Positions 57,957 to 64,000 of a DNA stretch of 64,000 bases are shown here, piece by piece. The stretch is from an uncultured bacterium (GTDB taxonomy: Bacteria; Chlamydiota; Chlamydiia; Chlamydiales; SM23-39): positions 512,001 to 576,000 of the forward strand of contig OY970323.1 of assembly GCA_963716985.1 (NCBI GenBank). The letters run 5' to 3'. Position numbers and translations under genes: made by a program. Below the pieces are notes generated by a model. That model was not told the origin of the DNA and ran no database searches. It saw only the letters and a program-made list of their open reading frames with translations. Each line of letters opens with the position of its first letter. Position 1 is the first letter of the stretch.

Positions 57957-59608
57957 TGTTAGCGTTTTATTGAAATGTCCTCTTTTTGCGTTTTATTGAA
58001 ATGTCCGCATTTAGAGGAATAGCGACATTGTTACTTCTTTATAAGAATAATTTTAACATTTATTTATTAAAAAATCCAGGTCTTTTCAAAGGGAGAGCGC
58101 GAGAGGGTTTCCCTCTCGCCTCCCTCTTTAAATGATTATCTAGAGCCCAACCGAAGGGCGGGAGCAAAGGTGCTCGGCAATTGCCCCTCCTCCCTTATTC
58201 AAACTGAGGGACTCTTTTAGCAAGCGAGCTTATGTTTATTTGAAAAGCCTCTGGGTCCTCGCTTCCAAGGATGTCGACGACTTGGGCGATAACGGCAGCG
58301 CTCTTTTCGTTCAGCCAACTTCACTATCAATTCTTTTGCACTAACCACTTCTGTTTGTGCTTGCATTTTGTGGTGTGGTACTGCTGTGAGTTGTTTACCT
58401 CGATATTCGATGGAAACAACTCCGTCTTTTGTCTCCAAAACGGTAACCTCGGCATTTCTCAGAATGTATTCGTGACAAGGTGCTATCACTTGATAAATCA
58501 CATTGTCGTATTGTAGAGTTAGATTTTTGGACAATCTGCGATTGGCCTTGAGGCAAAATATCTTGTCTAGGCTGTATGAGGGTAATAAGGGTTTATGCGC
58601 GTTGCTCGGATCTTTCGGTGCTTTGGCGAATTTTTGATTAAACTTGAGTAGAAATGATGGTAAAAATGCATTTGCAGCCTCGATGTCGCAGATCTTGGCT
58701 ATACGCATCGCTTTGATCAATCGATTCTGAAAGTCCCGATTGCGCCTTTCAACGCGCCCTTTTGCCTGTGGTGAATTGGCGCAGATCAGTGTTATGTCCA
58801 GCTCTTCCATGGCTCTGCCGAATTGAGTTCTTCCATCTCCAGTTAAAGCGCCTTCATGGTTCACTCGAAAAACACTATGTTTGTCCGGATAAAACGCCTC
58901 TGGTCTACCATGCTTTTCAATGTATTCTCGGGTTGCCTGGAAGTAGTCAAATGTATTTTCAGATTTCACAAATTTCAAATGCATTGTCTTACTCGTTGCA
59001 TCATCGATGAATACCAGGAGAGTGCATCGCGGTCCCCGGCCTTCGAACCAGTCGTGCTCCGAGCCGTCGAGCTGAATGAGCTCGCCCATTTTTGATCGTC
59101 TCTGTCTCAATGGATGTACTTTCAATTCCCGGATTTCATTTGGATGCCACAGGCCATTTTCGATCATCACTCTACGCACTGCGCTAACCGAAAATTTCGC
59201 CGCTCCGCTTTCAATCAAATACTCATGGGCCAGGGTGGGACCAAAATCGCGATGGTCTTCCTGCTTGAAGAACTCTAAAATTTGAGCCTTTTTTTCTTGA
59301 GAAAGCCGGCGATTGCCTGGAACTCCCACTTTCCCGGAAACGATCCCTTTTGGGCCTTCAACCCTCAATCTCTTCAATAAACGCCTAAACTGCCTGGGAC
59401 TTATTCCTAAACTCCGGGCGCCTTTTGATTGCTTTAACCGGCCTTCTTTGACAGCTGTAAAAACTTCTAATCTCGTTAATTCCCTGAAACTCATTGACAT
59501 ACGCTCCTCCATTTGATCGCCTCCTCATTGGTAATCAACAACTTGTGATTACCAGAAAGAGGACATTTCTAAAAAACGGAAAGCGGACATTTTAAAAAAA
59601 CGCTAATA
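57957..59608 (-). mobile_element. IS1202-like (ISNCY) element with a long target duplication
   Basis: Ends TGTTAGCG.. and ..CGCTAATA; two tandem AAATGTCC boxes at each end; TSD TGAACCAATATTTGT at 57942-57956 and 59609-59623. Confidence 0.88.
58217..59512 (-). CDS. ISNCY/IS1202-type transposase
   Basis: DFGPTLAHE, GELIQLDGSEHDWFEGRG, IDDATS and SPQAKGRVER motifs. Confidence 0.93.
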   Translation of the reverse strand: MEERMSMSFRELTRLEVFTAVKEGRLKQSKGARSLGISPRQFRRLLKRLRVEGPKGIVSGKVGVPGNRRLSQEKKAQILEFFKQEDHRDFGPTLAHEYLIESGAAKFSVSAVRRVMIENGLWHPNEIRELKVHPLRQRRSKMGELIQLDGSEHDWFEGRGPRCTLLVFIDDATSKTMHLKFVKSENTFDYFQATREYIEKHGRPEAFYPDKHSVFRVNHEGALTGDGRTQFGRAMEELDITLICANSPQAKGRVERRNRDFQNRLIKAMRIAKICDIEAANAFLPSFLLKFNQKFAKAPKDPSNAHKPLLPSYSLDKIFCLKANRRLSKNLTLQYDNVIYQVIAPCHEYILRNAEVTVLETKDGVVSIEYRGKQLTAVPHHKMQAQTEVVSAKELIVKLAERKERCRYRPSRRHPWKRGPRGFSNKHKLAC

Positions 59609-59690
59609 TGAACCAATATTTGTTTTACAAATTATTTTATTATTGTTATAATTATATTATAAAAAATAAAAATAGGCAAAAGATTTTATT

Positions 59691-60143
59691 ATGTCCTTCA
59701 CGGTAACAAGAGAAATTATAGCAGATTTGGATTGCCACAAGCAAATGAATATTAGTTTGTGTGATATTCGCGAGGTTGATAAAGAAAGGGAAATCCACAA
59801 AATTATTATTGGTTCTGTTTTTAAACGCTGTTTGAATTGCGTAGCCTATTCCCGCAGCTGGCTCAAAGCACATTTCCGCTGTTGTAAGCTTAATTTCTGC
59901 TTTTGGAGGCTCGGTACGCAATACCCTAGGCGATACATAATACTAAAACTTAAATCTGTATGGATAGAAGAACAAGATTTGCGCAACGCAATTGAAAAGA
60001 AGAATCAATATTTCGTTGTGGAAAAGGGGGATATTGCAGGGCTGAATCCTAAGGCTGTGGATGAAGTAAGGGTAAAGAGATTTGGACCTGTAACCTCACT
60101 TGAGGTAGTAAAGATTCCCAAAGAGCAAATGCAGGAAGTGTAA
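59691..60143 (+). CDS. Hypothetical protein, paralog 1
   Basis: Shares KKNQYFVV and GxVTSLEVVK with 60679-61266. Confidence 0.65.
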   Translation: MSFTVTREIIADLDCHKQMNISLCDIREVDKEREIHKIIIGSVFKRCLNCVAYSRSWLKAHFRCCKLNFCFWRLGTQYPRRYIILKLKSVWIEEQDLRNAIEKKNQYFVVEKGDIAGLNPKAVDEVRVKRFGPVTSLEVVKIPKEQMQEV

Positions 60144-60678
60144 CATCATTTCTGTAAACTGCCGCATTCTTAAGTCTTTAAAAATGAGCTATATAATCAT
60201 TTCATTCTAGGTCTTCTCCAGCCACGCCGTCGGGTCGGGCCTATAAAATTGGCGAGTTGCAAGCGCGCAAAGTGCCCTCCACAATTAAAAAACATGGGTA
60301 AAAGCTGAAAAGCATTTTTCGCTTGTCTTGATCTGATCAGCCGAGTTCTCTTCGGGGAGGGGCCTTCTCTTTTGGAGGGGTTGACTGTCTTCCATTATTC
60401 AGGATTCGCCAGCAAAGGAGCTTTTATTTGAAATCGTTTTTTGCTGTGTATAGAGTGAGTCTGTTAAAATATGTCTGCCATAAGTATCTTGTATTCAGTG
60501 GATTATTTTTTCAAAAATCACTAGTCAGTTAGTGCTAATGGCTTAAGAAAATTAAATCCTTAATTCTATCGTAATTAATTGGTTAAAATATCTAAATAAT
60601 AGAAAGAATTCATTTACAAATTATTTTATAATTGTTATAATTATATTATAAAAACATTAAAATAGGCTGGGGGACTTT

Positions 60679-61266
60679 ATGTCAGTCATGGAAACAAAAA
60701 GGGTAGTAGCGGAGGCAAGAATGATTGTCGCATCTTTGGGTGATGGCAATAAAATGAAAATTGCTTTGTTAGGTATGAACAAAGACGGTACGACGGGCTC
60801 TAGGATAAATTCTGTTTTTAAGAAGTTCTCTTTGGATTACGCAGCCTATTCTCGCTTTTCGTGTATAGCACATTTCATCAGTTGGTGTGGTGGTGATGAA
60901 TACACAATAATAAAACTTGAAAATGTATGGCAAAAAAAATCAGGTTTGGGAAAAACAATTATAAAAAAGAACCAATATTTTGTTGTGAAGAAGGACGACA
61001 TTACAACGCTGCATGGTGCTGTTCAAGGACAAGTACAAGTACAAGTAAATAAATCTGGATCTGTAACCTCGCTTGAGGTTGTAAAGACTCCCGAGGAGGA
61101 AGCTCAGGAAGCTCAGAGAGCGAAGAAGCAAGATCAGAAAGCAAGGCAAATGTTTGAATCCACTCTCGGGCCCCTTTTCGATCAAAAGCTGCAAACTAGG
61201 CTTCCAGCCACGGAAAACTTACAGCGAACGAAGCACCAGTATGGGTCTAACGAACCACCCATATAA
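60679..61266 (+). CDS. Hypothetical protein, paralog 2
   Basis: Shares the same motifs and upstream AT-rich region as paralog 1. Confidence 0.65.
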   Translation: MSVMETKRVVAEARMIVASLGDGNKMKIALLGMNKDGTTGSRINSVFKKFSLDYAAYSRFSCIAHFISWCGGDEYTIIKLENVWQKKSGLGKTIIKKNQYFVVKKDDITTLHGAVQGQVQVQVNKSGSVTSLEVVKTPEEEAQEAQRAKKQDQKARQMFESTLGPLFDQKLQTRLPATENLQRTKHQYGSNEPPI

Positions 61267-61278
61267 AAAAAACCGCTT

Positions 61279-61478
61279 ATAAAATCCATTGATCGGGTAG
61301 TAGCTCGTCGAGACGATTTGCTGGATGGCTCATATACCTCCGTAGGAGATCTTCTAAATATTCACGGGGATTGATCTCTAGTCCTCGGCATGTTTGAACT
61401 AATGATAGCAATACTGCGACAGTCTCGCCACCCTCCATGCTACCAAAAAAAGCCAATTTTTTCTTCCTATCGCAAGCC
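61279..61478 (-). pseudogene. IS66 tnpC 3' remnant (diverged from the two full copies)
   Basis: LAIGRKNWLF, then with a frameshift LLSLVQTCRGLEINPREYLEDL..LDELLPDQW. Confidence 0.75.
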
Positions 61479-61594
61479 TTTGGTGTGCCGGTCTAAAGCC
61501 TGTGGAGCTGCCTAGGTTGTCAGAAGCTGTAAAGCACGAATCTTTCGTCTTTTTGCCGAGGTTCAAATATTCCTGTCCAATCGCCCACAAACTA

Positions 61595-62074
61595 TTAGAG
61601 AAAAAGCGAGAAGATCGTATCTCTGCATCCAATGTATTTAAAAAAACAGACGATTTTTGCTGATACGCTCTTTTCTTCTTTCATTTTTGAAAGGGCGGTT
61701 AAAAGGTCGTCGAGAGAAAGGAAAAGGCCGACGAGACCCATGCTGCCGATTCCTCCGCACCAGTAGGGCCCGGTTTCCAGATTCTGCGAGATAGGGGCAA
61801 GGAGTTCTTCTAGACGGGCTCTAATTACCACGAGCTCCTCTTCGCTTTTGTTTTTGAGCTCAGCATAGAGATTTTTCCCTCCCAAACTCTTTAAATAACC
61901 ATGCAGAGATTCTAAATAGTTCATCGCTTTATGCAGATCAAAGCTGGGAGTGGAATCGATCATCAATCCTTGCATTGGAGGCGCTGAGGTGAGCATCTCA
62001 GGGGCAAAACGCTCCTCCCCTGAGGTGAGTGCTGTTAGAGGGAAAAGAAAGAGGCAAAGAGCGATCTTTTTCAC
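61595..62074 (-). CDS. Hypothetical secreted protein
   Basis: Signal-peptide-like MKKIALCLFLFPLTA. Confidence 0.6.
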   Translation of the reverse strand: MKKIALCLFLFPLTALTSGEERFAPEMLTSAPPMQGLMIDSTPSFDLHKAMNYLESLHGYLKSLGGKNLYAELKNKSEEELVVIRARLEELLAPISQNLETGPYWCGGIGSMGLVGLFLSLDDLLTALSKMKEEKSVSAKIVCFFKYIGCRDTIFSLFL

Positions 62075-62081
62075 GGATTTC

Positions 62082-62735
62082 CTACAGGTGAGGGGTTTTT
62101 TTTAAAATCGCATCGCAGATTTCAATCAAGAGCTCCGCATCACCCGGCAAGAGATCGTTTTCGGGATCGGAAAAATTGGGATTGAGAGAAGCGCTGGTTT
62201 GAAAATTCTCTTTGGCATTCTGCACACGGCCGAGCAGCAGTTCTTTCACTCCTTGGACGATGTAATAGCCGGGATGTTTGGGGTTTATCTGGATGGCAAT
62301 CTCAATATTTGTTTCGACCGTAGTGAGAAGGGTGGAAAATTCTTTTTGCATCATTTCCCGACTGGAGGGCGTTTCGACATCTTCAGCAAAGTCCTCTTCC
62401 CATTCTTGCAGCCTTGCGCTGATTTCGGCGAGTGCATCGAGCGCTTTTTTGTAATAGAGCGCAGCTTTTTGTTCTTCGGGATTTTCCCTCTTGGAAAAAG
62501 GAAGCCGGAAATCCTTTTGGCGATTAAAGGAAAGGGGTGGATCTTCTCGTTTTTGGACGCGATCTTGTGCTTTTTCTTCTTTCGGGGCGAAGTGTTGGAA
62601 AATGCCTTGCAGCTGGTTGGTCTCATGAGGAAGGGTAGTTGCAAAAGCGTTTTGCCCCAAAAAAAGAAAGAATGCGAGAAGTTTGAGAGAGAGGGAAAAC
62701 TTTTTCTTCTCAAAGGAAAGAAAATTTTTGATCAT
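62082..62735 (-). CDS. Secreted TPR-like protein
   Basis: Signal peptide; AIQINPKHPGYYIVQG..LGRVQNAKENFQTSASLNP. Confidence 0.65.
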   Translation of the reverse strand: MIKNFLSFEKKKFSLSLKLLAFFLFLGQNAFATTLPHETNQLQGIFQHFAPKEEKAQDRVQKREDPPLSFNRQKDFRLPFSKRENPEEQKAALYYKKALDALAEISARLQEWEEDFAEDVETPSSREMMQKEFSTLLTTVETNIEIAIQINPKHPGYYIVQGVKELLLGRVQNAKENFQTSASLNPNFSDPENDLLPGDAELLIEICDAILKKTPHL

Positions 62736-62805
62736 AGGCTCTCTTGCTTGAAAAAAGAAAAAACATTCTAGGAGCCGCTGAGAAAGAGAGCAAGGAGAAA
62801 TTTTG

Positions 62806-62878
62806 CGTCCCCGACACGAGTTGAACGTGCGACCTGTCGCTTAGGAGGCGACCGCTCTATCCGCTGAGCTACGGGGAC
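62806..62878 (-). tRNA. tRNA-Arg(CCT)
   Basis: GTCCCCG acceptor stem, GCTCAGCGGATAGAGC D arm, GTCGC-CT-CCT-AA-GCGAC anticodon arm, TTCAACT T loop; CCA not encoded. Confidence 0.95.
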
Positions 62879-62961
62879 AAAGAAGAAGGATTGTAACGAA
62901 TAGAGCCTTTTTTTGAGGGAGATTTTTTGAGATTTTTAAAAAAAAGCGCTCTGGAAAGATC

Positions 62962-63954
62962 CTATGAAGTCGGCGACCCTTGAGGAGCTTGTTTTGGGTC
63001 AAGATGTGGCGCAAGAGAGTGTAAATGATAGGTTCCGATTGCTGGAGATGTCGAGTAATCAACCACAAGACCACCTTGTGTTGCTAGGTCGAAAACTTCC
63101 TGGGCTCTCTTTGAAGGTTTTCCGTCGGAATTGTAGGGCATTTCGAATCGAAAACAATCAAATCCACCAAGCCTTGGATTGCATGCATCTGGCAGAAGAG
63201 CACATACTTCTTCTGGAGAGGTGCACTTCTTGATTTGATCTTTAGTAGGGAGTGGACTGGTTGCGGGAAGAAAACGTCTTTCTTTCGAAGGGGGAGGTAG
63301 TTTTCGCGGTTCTCCCGCCCGAGCAAGAGGGCTGTGTAACGGAGGGCAGCAACTAATAGCTATGGCTAATACACCAACCAAAGGCGCGATTTTCCAGGGA
63401 AATTCGATTTTGAAGGCTCCATTAGAGGCAGGAGGGGGCGTTAGAGAATGGGCAATAAGAGCAGAAAAATTGCCGGTAAGCGGTAGCGGCCTTTGAAAAA
63501 ATGCCTTTTTCACAGTATGTATGGCCCCGAAATGATAAAGCAAACCTGCGGCAATCAGACAGCCGGCGAGCAGCCCATACGTTTTTAATGCCGTTTTGTT
63601 GCAGGGAAGATAGCTATTTTCTTGGGCTTGGCTCAGCTGCTTGAGAGCTTTTTCACTCTCTTTGCGGCTACTATAGTTTTTCCAGCTGACGTAGGTGTGG
63701 TTATAGGTCAAAGCGCCAACATTATAGCAAAGCGATCCGATCAGCCCACAGCCAATCGTGGCATCCAATAATGCTGAAAAAAACTCCGCAAGGGTACGTA
63801 GGGCCCGATTCTGGACGTTGGCAGCTCGATCGAGCAGATGGCTCCAAGAGCGCCAGCCGTAGCTTGCTTGATCTATTTCCAATGGTTTTTGGGCCGAAAA
63901 TAGATCACGGCAGAAGGGATTAAAATATTGATTAAGAAGCTTTGTTGCGTTCAT
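62962..63954 (-). CDS. Hypothetical membrane protein with a Pro-rich C-terminus
   Basis: 330-aa ORF with 2-3 hydrophobic segments. Confidence 0.55.
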   Translation of the reverse strand: MNATKLLNQYFNPFCRDLFSAQKPLEIDQASYGWRSWSHLLDRAANVQNRALRTLAEFFSALLDATIGCGLIGSLCYNVGALTYNHTYVSWKNYSSRKESEKALKQLSQAQENSYLPCNKTALKTYGLLAGCLIAAGLLYHFGAIHTVKKAFFQRPLPLTGNFSALIAHSLTPPPASNGAFKIEFPWKIAPLVGVLAIAISCCPPLHSPLARAGEPRKLPPPSKERRFLPATSPLPTKDQIKKCTSPEEVCALLPDACNPRLGGFDCFRFEMPYNSDGKPSKRAQEVFDLATQGGLVVDYSTSPAIGTYHLHSLAPHLDPKQAPQGSPTS

Positions 63955-64000
63955 AGTTCGGGATGTTTTTTGATAATATTATACCATCTATGTCTTTTAT

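Noticed and set aside
59640..59668. dif/Xer-like site beside the IS1202-like element
   Set aside because: The match is weak and almost all A/T, and the same tract recurs upstream of paralog 2, consistent with a promoter region.
61399..61632. 77-aa ORF
   Set aside because: Fusion of unrelated sequence with the frameshifted IS66 remnant.
62806..62878. tRNA-Arg as an island attachment site
   Set aside because: No duplicated tRNA 3' end or integrase found in the window.
1..64000. CRISPR array or cas genes
   Set aside because: No repeat-spacer array seen; the repeats present are IS copies, ankyrin units, toxin cassettes or a spacerless 16-mer.

Overview
The window looks like a chromosome segment of an environmental Chlamydiota bacterium. 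This is inferred from gene order resembling Chlamydia CT298-CT268: radA-sod-accD-dut-ptsN-ptsN, clpC-lplA, gcvH, dnaA, CT274/CT273-like genes, rsmH-ftsL-ftsI-murE-amiA. Bases 1-15045 are an AT-rich, IS-riddled island. It holds nested IS701, IS1380, two IS66 copies, a MITE, a broken group IIC intron, IS3, an EamA-FkbM fragment and a methyltransferase/MFS operon, and it ends at a 5'-truncated rnc gene. Accessory modules set into the core backbone are: an XPB helicase with two Helicase_C_3-like partner genes (a 150-bp IscB/HEARO-like remnant sits between an RBS and a start codon); a RING-ankyrin effector candidate; and a signal-peptide/TPR polymorphic toxin with an immunity gene and two orphan toxin-immunity cassettes. 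A second IS cluster (IS50-like, ISL3, IS1202-like) interrupts a tandem gene duplication near tRNA-Arg(CCT). The best candidates for an undescribed system are the TPR polymorphic toxin array and the XPB three-gene module. All family assignments come from motif recognition by eye; no searches were run.
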